A stretch of 64,000 nucleotides of DNA, taken from contig NC_090402.1 in NCBI RefSeq assembly GCF_036365525.1, positions 9,584,009-9,648,008 of the forward strand. Reading direction: 5' to 3'. This document shows, one piece after another, positions 51,057-62,537 of the stretch. The notes beneath the pieces were generated by a model. That model searched no databases. It worked only from the letters and a program-made list of their open reading frames with translations, and had not been told where the DNA came from. Both the position numbers and the translations under genes were made by a program. Numbering within the stretch: the stretch's first letter is position 1; each line of letters begins with the position of its first letter. Source of the stretch: Heterodontus francisci. Taxonomy: Eukaryota.

Positions 51057-54000
51057 TTTTTTTAATACCAGTTTTAAATGCGGTTATCGCGCTCCAATAA
51101 GTTTGTATGTTAAAAAACAATTCGTTTTCATCTGCTGTTTGGGTGGTGGTCGCGGTGCCAGAAGTTTTGGGAAAGTTTCTTCAGTAAGTGTTAAACTTTC
51201 GCCCTCTTTCCCGGTGCGGAGCATCTCCGCTTCAAATCTTTTTACATGAAGCTTGGAGTAGTTGAAACTAGCAATGTCTGGGTCAGACCCGGAGTGAAGA
51301 GAAACAGGGGAATTATTCGAGCTGCATCCTTAATTTAGGAGTAAATGTAACTTAGGTCCTTTTAAAAATGTATGTATTTAATCTGTTAATTGGCTTACTC
51401 GAACGATCGTCACCTTTTGACATATGTATTTGCCCATTTTGAAGACTTGCATTTATATAGCGCCTTTCAGGAAGTTGCAAAGCTGCAGTCACTGTGTAGT
51501 CACTACTGTAATGCTGGAAACGCGGCAGGCAACCTGCGCACAGCAAGATCCCAAAATCAGCATTGCGGTTAATGACCAGATAACTGTTTTAGTGATGTTG
51601 GTTGAGGGATAAATATAGGCCAGGGCACTGGGGAGAATTGCTCTTTGGAAAGATTGCACCTCAGACTGTGCAGCACCCCCTCAGTACTGCACTGGAGAAT
51701 CAGCCAAGGCTTTGTGCTCAAGTCTCTGGTGTGGACCTTGAACCCACTACATTCTGACTCAGGAGGTGAGAGTGTTATCACTGTGCCTAGGCTGTCATGT
51801 TTTCCTTTACTGTATTGCCACTAGAAAGCATGGATTTCAAAAGGGAAAGTCATGCACGATGAACCTTATTGAATTCTTTGAAGAAGTAACAGAAAGAGCA
51901 GGCAAGGCTAATGTAGCAGATGTATTATTTTTGGATTTTCAGAAAGTCTTCAATAAGGTACCGCACATAAGACTCAAGACTAAAATCAGAGAATGGAAAT
52001 CAAAACAAAAAACAGAGCGTATGTGTTAAGGGCAGTTACGCACACCGGCAAAAGGTGGGAAGTGTTGTTCCACAGGGATTGGTGTTGAGATGTTTATCAG
52101 TCACAGTTTGTTTTGAGGATTTGGACTCGGGAATCAGAAGTATAGAGGGGAATTTTCCCAGGCGGGGGTTTGGAGACTGCGGGGTGCTGGGAAAATTAGA
52201 ACAAATGATGCCAGACAGGAATGCCAAAGTGTTCCTGCCTCCTGCTGCTTTTCCTGGAGTTGGCTTGTGTGTGCTACTCAACCCCAGAGGGGTGGAAGCC
52301 GATTGAGCTTGTTACTGAATCAATTAGCAGACATTTTGCCAGGAAGATGGTATTTCATCAGTGGCACTGTGCAGCCCCCACAGTGTTTGCACAGTGGGAG
52401 GTGGAAGCCCCATGAAAATAGCATGCAATCTGAACGTAAAGGTGCAAATGGGGAAGCCTGAGGTCATCCGCGGGTGGAGGGTTGCCACTGTAAGAGTAGC
52501 TCCTGGAGACTGCTGTCACGGACAGTGCTCGGGGTGCAGACATGACTGCTGGTTTCTCAGCCTTCACTCACCTCCATCATCTTTTGATGCCATTCACCTC
52601 AGCAGCACTCTCAGTACAGACACAGCGAAGGCTGCCGGCCACTCTCTTAACTCAGGCATGCTGATTCACCCTTCACCCTCCAGCCTCCTTACCCTGCCTG
52701 CCGTGCCAAATTAGATGGTGATCTCGCAGGCGGGTTTTTAATTGAGCACCTCCCGGAAGATTGGACCGGCAATCCCGCTCGGGCGGCAATCGGGTTTGCA
52801 ATCCGAAAATGGTCCCGACATCCAGAAAAATTGGGAAAATTCAGCCCATGATTGGAGGGTGCAGTTAAGACTAAGGAAAACTGCAACAAAATACAACGAG
52901 ATTAATAAATTGCAGAATAGGCATTTAGTTGGCAAATGAATTTCAATATAGGTGATTATGGGATAGAAAGCCATAGATCCAAGTTTGGCAACGTCACAAA
53001 GATAGGCGACATTATAACCAGTGTAGATGGAAGCGTAAAATTACAGAGACCGTGATAGATTCAGTGAATGGGCAAAACTGTGGCAAATATGAACATACAA
53101 ACATATGAATTAGAAGCAGGGGTAGGCCATTCGGGTCCTCAAGCCTGCCCTGCCATTTGATAAGATCATGGCTGATCCGATTGTGGCCTCAACTCTACTT
53201 TCCTGTCTGCCCCCTATACCCTTTGACTTACTTCTCATTCAAGAATCTATCTAACCAGCCGTAAAATTATTCAATGACCCTGCTTCCACTGCTTTCTGGG
53301 GAAGAGAATTTTGCAGCCTAACAACCCTCTGAGAGAAAGATTTCTCCTCATCTCCGTCTGAAGTGGGAGAGCCCTTATTTTCAAACTGGATTAAAATGGA
53401 TTTGAATGTAGACAAATGTGACATCATCCACTTTGAACCTAAAAATAGAACAGGGTATTTGTAAATGGTGAAAAGCTGGAAGCAGTACAGGTCCAAAGCA
53501 ACTTCGAGTTCCAGGTACACAGATCGTTTAAAATGTCAAGAACAGGTCCAGAAAATCATCACAAAGGCTATTGGAATGCTGGTCTTGATATCTTAAGAAC
53601 TAGTGCAGCACAGTGGCTAGCATCGCAGCTCCAGTGACCTGGGTTTAGTTCTGGGTACTGCCTGTGTGGAGTTTGCAAGTTTTCCCTGTGACTGTGTGGG
53701 TTTCCTCCGGGTGCTCTGGTTTCCTCCCATATGCTGAAGACTTGTGAGTTGATAGGTAAATTGGCCATTGTAAAAATTGCCCCTAGTGTAGGTAGGAGAA
53801 TTGAGGGAAGGTGGGGATGTGAGAGGGAAAATGGGATTAATGTAGGATTAGTATAAATGGGTGGTTGATGGTTGGCACAGACCAGGTGGTCTGAAGGACC
53901 TGTTTCAGTGCTGTATTTCTCTCTATGACTAGTATACAGGAGGGTAGAAGTTATGCTTCAGCTATACAAAGCCCTGGTTAGACCACACCCAGAGTTACTG

Positions 54001-54541
54001 TGTACAGTTCTGGGTATCTTAGGAAGGATATATTGGCCTTGGAGGAGTGCAGTGTAGAATGATACCTGGACTCTAAGGGTTAAATTACAAGGAGAGATTA
54101 CACAAACTAGGGTTGTATTCCCTGGAATGTAAAAGGTTAAGGGGTGATTTGATCAAAGTTTCCAAGATATTAAGGGGAACAGATAGGGTAGACAAGGAGA
54201 AACTATTTTCACTGGTTAGAGGGTTCTAGGACTACGGTGCACAGTCTAAAAGTTAAGGCTAGACCTTTCAGGAATGAAGTTGGGAAACACTTCTACACAC
54301 AAAGAGGCACCAGTCTAGATTGTTGTACTCAAGTGTTAGGAGTGGGACTTAAACCCACATCTTTCTGACTCAAAAGACAGGAGCGCTACCCACTGAGCTA
54401 CAGTTAACACACACAAATGTTGAAAGCTATCGTATGTTTAGCAAATTCATCAGAACAGCTACTTAATTTTTCAAAATGTCTCATTTGTTTTTTCAGCCAT
54501 TCACATGATAATAAAACTTACCAGAAGCAGACCTTCCAAAC

Positions 54542-54665
54542 ATGGCAAAGCTGCTTGTTTATGGAACAGGCTTAGCAGTGGTGATAGCATTAGTGGGAAT
54601 TCTTGCCTATACCTTCATCTGCTACGAGCGCTGTGACAATAACTGGATATCACTGGATGTAAAAG
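54542..54665 (+). CDS. Duplicated torsin A exon 1 (A'1), Cys to Tyr at 54624
   Basis: Acceptor at 54496, ATG and donor intact; FICYERC versus FICCERC. Confidence 0.7.
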
Positions 54666-56787
54666 GTCAAACTTTGATATTTAAATACTGATAATTTAAA
54701 CTGCTTTCTAACTGTGTTTTATTGTAGGATTGTTGGGCTAGTGCTGCTAATATTATTGAAGTGACAATGACTGTGGAAAATGTAAAGCATGCCTTTACTA
54801 CCTCCAGACTTGGCTATTGCAATGCTCTGCTGGCTGGCCTCACATCTTCCATACTCTGTAAAGCAGCTCACTCAAAACTTCGCTGCCCATATCCTAACTC
54901 GCACCAAGTCTCTTTCACCTATCACCTATTGTGCTCGCTGAACTACATTGGATCCCAGTCATTTCTCTGTGGCCTCACTCATCCCTATCTCTGTAACCTA
55001 GTCCAGCTCTTCAACCCTCCCCGTGCTCCTCTAATTCTGGCCTCTTGTGCATGTTCAATTTCAATTTCCCCGCGATTAATGGATGTGCCTTCAACTGCCC
55101 GGGCCAAAAGCTCTGGAATTCGCGCCCCCCCCACCCCCCCCTCCCAAACTTCTCTGTCTCTCCACCTCTCTCTACATTAAGACACCCCACATAAGCCACC
55201 TTCTTTGACCAAGCTTTTGGTCACCTGGTCTAATATCTCCTTCTGGAGCTTGGTGTCAGATTTTGTTTGCTAACACTCCTGTGAAGCATCTTGGGATGTT
55301 GCACTATGATAAAGGCACTATATAAATGTAAGTTATTGTGGTTATTGTTATGGACACAAGTATGTTCATTCTATCTTTGGACCGACATTCACCTTTCACA
55401 GTTGTTACTTAAGGCACGACTAACTAGAAGTCAAGCTTCAACAAAATACTTGAGAACCAAAGGGTGTCAGAAGTCTCATTGATTCGTGAGCTGACTGTAT
55501 TTTGTGCAGTTTTAAATGGGAGAGCCCTTATTTTTAAACTGGATTAAAATGGATTGGAATGTAGACAAATGTGACATCATCCACTCTGAACCTAAAAATT
55601 ATAGAACAGGGTATTTGTAAATGGTGAAAAGCTAGAAGCAGTACAGGTCCAAAGCAACTTCGAGTTCCAGGTACACAGATCATTAAAATGTCAAGAACAG
55701 GTCCAGAAAATTATCAAAAAGGCTATTGGAATGCTGGCCTTGATAGCTTAAGAACTAGTGTACAAGGGGCTAGAAGTCATGCTTCAGCTATACAAAGCCC
55801 TGGTTAAACTAGACCTGGAGTTATTGTGAGCAGTTCTGGGCACCACACTTTAAGAAGGATATATTGGCCTCGGAGGGAGTGCAGTGCAGATTTACCAGAA
55901 TGATACCTGGACTCCACGGGTTAAATTACGAGGAGAGATTACACAAACTAGGGTTGTGTTCCTTGGAATTTAGAGGGTTAAGGGGTGTACAAGTGCATTC
56001 TTGCAGTAGCTCCAGTGATAATATCAAGAAGCTGCCACTATAAGAACAAGTGATGACATTTCAATATTTATTATTAAATCTTGTTTCTCAATTCTTGTTA
56101 GTTGCTAGGGTACAGAGTTTGTGGTATGGAGAAAAGACAATGGCTTTGATTTTCCCAATATTTAACCAGAGGAAGTTACAGCTCATTCATGACCTGGATG
56201 TCAGACAAGCACAGGGTCAGTGGAGACAAGTAGTGACGAGAATTGTTTTTCAGCAGCATAAACCCATTGGAATGTAATTGGCAGCAGTGTTAGTTGTGGC
56301 TCAGTTGGTAGCATTCTCACTTTTGAATCAGACAGTTGCAGGTTAAAACCTAACTCCATAAACTTGGACACAGGTATCTAGGCTGACATCCCAATTCGGT
56401 GCTGAGGGAGTGCTGCACTGTCAAGGGTGCCGTTTTCGATTGTGACGTTAAATCACGGCCCCGTCTGCTCTCTCAGGCGGATGTGTGGGATGCCATGGCA
56501 CTATTTTGAAGAAGAGCAGGGGAGTTCTCCCTGATATCCCGGCCAATATTTATCGCTCAATCAACATCACTAAAAATAATTTATCTGAGTATTATCACAT
56601 TGCTGTTTGTGGGAGCTTGCTGTGCACAAATTGGCAGCCGCATTTCCTGCATTATAAGAGTGACTATACTTCAAAAGTGCTTCATTGGCTGTAAAACACT
56701 TTGAGATAGCCTGCAGACATGAAAGGCGCTATATAAATGCAAGTTTTCCTTTTTAACATGACTTTTCTTTGCTGATTATTAATACAG

Positions 56788-57053
56788 GATTAGAGAGGGA
56801 TTTCACGCACAAACTATTTGGACAGCACATTGCACGTAAAGTGATCGTCAAAGCGATTAAAGGTTCTTTAAGTACTCCTGATCCCAAGAAACCCCTCACC
56901 ATGTCTCTACACGGTGACAGTGGCACCGGCAAGAACTTTGTCAGTCAACTGATAGCACAGAACCTTTACAAAAATGGAATGAACAGCCAGTACATACATG
57001 TATTTGTGTCCACCCACCATTTCCCTCATCTGCAACTCATTAACCAGTATCAG
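56788..57053 (+). CDS. Duplicated torsin A exon 2 (A'2)
   Basis: Same protein as 38855-39120, splice sites intact. Confidence 0.8.
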
Positions 57054-57511
57054 GTAATTATTATGCTTAGTAAGACCTTCATTGTAATGATAGATTCATA
57101 GCATCATCAATGCATGGATATAACACAATGCAAAACCTATAAAAATCTTGATTTATGTTTTATTTTAATGCTGGGTGATTCTTAAACTGAAGTTTGTGGT
57201 CATTTTTCTTCTCCCTCATTTATCATGGATTTTCCAGAACATATACTAATAAGTGTTGGTTATCATCTTTCCTTCACTGGTGCTGGGTCAAAACCATGGA
57301 ATTCCATATCCAAGAACACTGTGGATGCACCTTCCCCACATGGACTGCAGCGGTTCAAAAAGGCGGCTCACCGCCACTTTCTCAAGAGAAATTTGGGATA
57401 GACAATAGCAAAAGGATATTAATGACATCAAATAAGTGTTGTAAAATAAAAAAAAAATGTTGAGGTGAAGCAAGTCCACTATTGTGAGACAGTTTTCTTT
57501 TAATTCTGCAG

Positions 57512-57687
57512 AATCAGTTGCGGGCTTGGATTCGTGGAAATGTTACGATATGTCCCAGATCAATGTTTATCTTTGATGAAATGGACAAGATGCATCCAGG
57601 CCTCATCAATGCTATCAAACCTTTCCTGGACTACACCAGTGATGTTGACAAAGTGGATTATCGAAAAGCAATATTCATCTTCTTGAG
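57512..57687 (+). CDS. Duplicated torsin A exon 3 (A'3), Val to Ile; no A' exons 4-5 follow
   Basis: Splice sites intact, GNVTIC versus GNVTVC. The duplication ends 250 bp later. Confidence 0.8.
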
Positions 57688-58102
57688 GTAAGTAGGCACC
57701 AAGTAACAACCTGCTTCGGGACAGTAGAAATTGGCAGGATTCCCACTCGTGATCATCAACCAATAAGCCTGGTGAAGAATCATGATATTTCTAAGTATTG
57801 GACACAATGGGGCAATTTTAATCTAACCCTCCCATCAGGAAACCCATGGGAGTGGGTTTTACACCCCGCCTGCTTCTACTGTCCATCAAAGTCACTTGTG
57901 TGCAATTTTGGGCAGGATGTAAAATCACCATTCTACCAGGTACAGGGTCAGGGGTTACAGGCTGGCCACCCCCCGACCTCCCCACGGTCCCCCCCGCCCC
58001 CCGACTTCCCCACGCGTCCCCCATATATCATAAATCCAGATACATCTATCAATGGAGTCCTGCTCGCAGAATTACCAGTCTTTCTGTTTGATTTTAAACT
58101 AG

Positions 58103-58368
58103 GATTAAAAGCTGACTTGAAGCGGCAGGTGTTTGGACAGCACATTGCAATTGATGTGATTCCAACGGCGATTAAAGGTTTCTTGAGTAACCGTGATGCG
58201 AAGAAACCTCTCACCCTATCTCTCCATGGCTGGACCGGTACTGGCAAAAACTTTGCCAGTAAAATAATAGCTGAAAGCCTTTATAAAAAGGGAATGGACA
58301 GTAAATTTGTTCATCACTTTATCGCTGATCTTCATTTTCCCATTGCTGCACATACCGACGAGTACAAG
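58103..58368 (+). CDS. TOR1A: Torsin B exon 2 (canonical Walker A GWTGTGKN)
   Basis: aactag|GATTAAAA to AAG|gtaatt, 266 nt; encodes VFGQHIA...KKPLTLSLHGWTGTGKNFASKIIAE. Confidence 0.95.
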
Positions 58369-58739
58369 GTAATTACCAGCCTCTTATTTTTCTGTGGTCG
58401 TAGTGTGACCCTTGTACAATATTCAAGATTAGAACAAACTCTCCCAGGGCAGGTACAGCACGGGTTAGTTCCAGAATAAGACTCCTATAATAAAAGCAAA
58501 ATACTGCGGGTGCTGGAAATCTGAAATTTTTATTTTATTTTTTTATTTATTTAGAGATACAGCACTGAAACAGACCCTTCGGCCCACCGAGTCTGTGCCG
58601 ACCATCAACCACCCATTTATACTAAACCTCCACTAATCCCATATTCTTACCACATCCCCACCTGTCCCTCTATTCCCCTACCACCTACCTATACTAGGTT
58701 TTTCCTTCGAAGGTTCCCTCACCACCTGCTGCAGACCTA

Positions 58740-59080
58740 AGGCTGACTTGGGTCTGCAAATGAAACCTGACCCGAGCCTGACAGAACTACATTCGACCCA
58801 GCCCGGGTCTTTTCATTTTTTTCCTGTGCCCGACCCGTCCCGACCACTGGAATGTACAGTTAACCTAGCTTCCGTTTTTCACTTTTTAAGCTTGTGCAAA
58901 TAAGCAACAAAAACTGTAACTGGACTTGAAAGGTTGTTTAAAATCTCCATTTGAAAGTGGAGCAACGTACCAGGGATGGTGATAGTGTGTCCCACCCGAG
59001 CCCAAATGCCGGACCTGGAAGAGCGACCCGACCCGAACCCAACAGATGTCGTCTGGTTCAGGTCGGGTAGCCATGCTGTA
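58740..59080. mobile_element. Non-autonomous DNA transposon, hAT-like
   Basis: Subterminal cccgacccg/acccgagccc repeats in both orientations. Confidence 0.5.
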
Positions 59081-59134
59081 GCGCACACCCAGTCTCACAG
59101 CTATATCCTTTCAGACTCGGCCAGCTCGGTCAGT

Positions 59135-60005
59135 AGTGGTGCTACGGAACCACTCGGTGGTGGACATTTAAGTCCCCCACCCAGAGTACATTCTGTGCCC
59201 TTGCCACCCTTAGTACTACTTCCAGTTTGTTGTTCAACGTGGAGAAGCACTGATTCATCAGCCGAGGTGGGTGCAGTAGGTGGTAATCAGTAGGAGGTTT
59301 CCTTGCCCATGTTTGACCTGATACCATGAGACTTCATGGGGTCCGGAGTCAATGTTGAGAGCTCCTAGGGCAACTCCCTCCCAACTGTATACCACTGTGC
59401 CACCACCTCTGGTGGGTCTGTCATGCTGGTGGGACAGGACATAGCCAAGGATGGTGATGGTTGTGTCTGGGACATTGTCCGTAAGATATGATTCCGTGAG
59501 TATGATTATGTCAGGCTGTGGCTTGACTAGTCTGTAGGCTAGTTCTCCCAACTTTGGCACAAGCCTCCACATGTTAGTAAGGAGGACTTTGCAGGGTCAA
59601 CAGGACTGGGTTTGCCATTGTTACTAGTGCCTAGGTCGATGCTGGGTAGACCGTCCGGTTTCATTACTTTTCTTACACTGTGTAGTAATTTGATACAACT
59701 GAGTGGCTTGCTAGGCCATTTCAGAGGGCAGTTAAGAGTCAACCACATTGCTGTGGGTCTGGAATCACATGTAGGCCAGACCAGGTAAGGACGACAGATT
59801 TCCTTCCCTGAAGGACATTAGTGAGCCAGGTGGGATTTTATGACAATCGACAGTGGTTTCATGATCACCACTAGATTAGCTTTTAGTTCCAGATTTATTA
59901 ATTAAATTCAAATTCCACCATCTGCCGTGGTGGGATTTGAACCCACTGTCCAGAGCATTAGCCTGGGGCTCTGGGTTACTAGTCTATAACATTACCACTA
60001 TGCCG
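59135..60005 (-). mobile_element. LINE 5' end: tRNA-like head continuous with AP-endonuclease coding sequence
   Basis: QPDIIILTESYL...GY...DRPTRGGGTVVY and VGDLNVHH motifs, downstream of a SINE-like head. Confidence 0.85.
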
Positions 60006-61416
60006 TCGACTCCCCACTTGTCCCATTACTATCCCCCCCACCCTTTGCCCTGTCCCATCGTCCTTTTAGTCATTTTATCCTACCTTTCATCCTATCTCAG
60101 CCCTTCCTCTTTGATCTCGCTCTCCCCTGCCTCTGTACTTAAAAGCTGTTAAACCTCAACACTTTCTAGTTCTGACGGAAGGCCATCAACCTGAAAGGTT
60201 AGCTTTGTGTCTCCACAGATGCTGCTTGACCTGAGTATTTGCAACATTTTCAGTTTTATTTTATACTACTCTGTGTCTTGGTTCCAGGACAAAAACATTG
60301 AACATTGCCAAAACTCCTCTTTCTTTGGAGGATTCAAGGAACTTCATTCCCATTTTATGAAACTATTGTACTATCTGTCTATGTATAAGTGTACATTTGG
60401 AAGTGCACATTATGTAAGTGTTCATTGCCATGCGTGTTTTCTGATGTTGCTGCTCCGTGACTGATGCATGTGGGAGAAATGCATTGACAAATTGAGACTT
60501 CTGGGCATAAATGTGCTTATAATGTGAGACTAAAGCGATTATTTGGTCTTGGGTTCAGGGAAGGTGGATGTAGGTTTGGTATTTATTTAGGAGAAGGGCT
60601 TCATACTGGCAGGGTGCAAATTGACACCAATGTTTCAGTCTGTGAGTTGGAGGTAGGGGCAGGCGATACGGTAGGTCTCAGCAAGCAGTCTATCTTGCAG
60701 TAGACAAAGTCTATTTACTCAGCCAGCAGTCTATTTAAACAGCGCACAACAGCAAAGAGACTCTATGAGCTACAGCAAACAGAGCTCATGACTGCAACTG
60801 CAGACCGCCATAAGCAGGGTGCTTTCTCGAGTGAAGGATAGTTGTATATAAAACTCTGTGCATAAAATCAATCCCAGTCACTTAACAGCAGAGTGTATTG
60901 ACAAGATAATTACCTAATGATCTCCGTTCTGGCTGGGAACAGTGGTGCCACTACAGGCAGCCACATATGGGTGGCAGTATTGTTTGGGGATGGTGCCCAT
61001 TCTGGGCAGTGGTTTTATTTATCTCTCCATAAATATTAAGCTAAACTATCCATGATATTAAAAGTGCATTCCCATGAATAAATTTTACCAGCTCAAACTG
61101 TTAGATTTTTTCTGTTTTTTTTAATGTTTTAAAAACTTTTGGTTGAATTGTGAACATTGATGCATCTGGAGATTGCTGAACTTTGTGCACTCCTTCCGCC
61201 TCGGTCGTTAAACAAATATTTACACCTGAAAATGTGGATAGTTTTGTCTCTGTGAATAATAGGGAAGTCTGCAAGAACCTTAAAGGAAATAGTCCCAGAG
61301 TTAGAACCACCAAGAACAGTGCCGTCAATAGAATTGATATTAAAAAAAAAAGTAAGGTCCTTGTTTTATTTTTAGTGTATTCTATCATTTTTTTTTCCCT
61401 CAATGAATTAATTCAG

Positions 61417-61592
61417 CAACAGTTGCAGGAGTGGATTCGTGGGAATGTTAGCAAGTGTAAGCGGTCCCTGTTTATTTTTGATGAAATGGACAAAATGCAC
61501 CCCAAACTCATTGATTCCATTAAAGCATTACTGGAATACGACAGCCTCATTGATGGAGTGAATTATCGAAAGGCCATGTTCATCTTCCTGAG
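61417..61592 (+). CDS. TOR1A: Torsin B exon 3 (Walker B); exons 4-5 expected beyond the window
   Basis: ttcag|CAACAG to AG|gtaagt, 176 nt; encodes [28 protein letters not shown]...YRKAMFIFL. Confidence 0.95.
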
Positions 61593-62135
61593 GTAAGTAT
61601 GAACTAGTGTTTGGGTACTTTGTGCTTTTTTTTTCCTCTTCTGCATCTGAGGGAGTAGGCCCGGCAATGTGCTGCCAAATTCATTGGGATATTGCCCAGC
61701 TGCCAGGAAGTGGACAAGAGTTGCCTGGTAGATGCTTCCATATGAAGTTTCCAGTGAGCTTAGCTTTTTTTTTTCCTCCCCTCTCGTGGGAGGATGTAGA
61801 CACTTCCCTGGAAGAGGGGAGGGGGTGGTTATGTTGACTTTGAACAATAGCAAAAGCAGGCGATATCAGATCAACTGCCCATTATACATCTCTCCCAATG
61901 GAAATTAAAATTATGAAGGATGTTTAACAGCAACATCTTGGATTTATATAACAGCTTTAACATAGTAACATCAAGGCTGACACTCCAGTAAAGTACTGAG
62001 GGAGTGCTGCACTGTCGGAGGCCCTGTTTGTCTTCTCAAGTGCACAATAAAAGATCCCATGGCACTATTTTGATGAAGAGCATAGGAGGTATCCCCAGTG
62101 TCCTGGCCAATATTTTTACCCTAATAAACATCACA

Positions 62136-62507
62136 GCGGCGCAGTGGTTAGTACCGCAGCCTCACAGCTCCAGCAACCCGGGTTCGGTTCTGGGTACTGC
62201 CTGTGCGGAGTTTGCAAGTTCTCCCTGTGACTGCGTGGGTTTCCGCCGGGGGCTCCGGTTTCCTCCCACAGCCAAAGACTTGCAGGTTGATAGGTAAATT
62301 AGCCATTGTAAATTGCCCCTAGTGTAGGTAGGTGGTAGGAGAATTGTGGGGATGTGGTAGGGAATATGGGGTTAATGTAGGATTAGTATAAATGGGTGGT
62401 TGTTGGTCGGCACAGACTCGGTGGGCCGAAGGGCCTGTTTCAGTGCTGTATCTCTAAATAAAATAAAAAATAAACTAACTAAATAAAAATACATAAAATA
62501 AAAATAA
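62136..62507 (+). mobile_element. HE1-type V-SINE, young
   Basis: CpGs retained, A-rich tail, atcaca target-site duplication. Confidence 0.9.
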
Positions 62508-62537
62508 ATCACAAAAATAGTTTATCTGGTCATTATC

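Larger units (their letters stand above)
50812..57937 (+). repeat. Segmental duplicate of 32936-40002 inserted in intron 1 of torsin B
   Basis: Near-identical sequence. The offset moves from 17876 to 17935 through five indels (+32, +2, +24, -1, +2). Roughly 16 substitutions seen by eye. Both ends are sharp. Confidence 0.97.

Noticed and set aside
50812-57937. Processed pseudogene or transposon-captured copy
   Set aside because: Introns and promoter are retained; no poly-A, TIRs or element ends at the junctions.
57772-58479. 235-aa ORF as a single-exon fusion protein
   Set aside because: Fortuitous read-through across the duplication junction into B exon 2; the acceptor at 58102 defines the exon.
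60640-60980. Possible solo LTR
   Set aside because: Could not identify TG...CA termini or a TSD with confidence.
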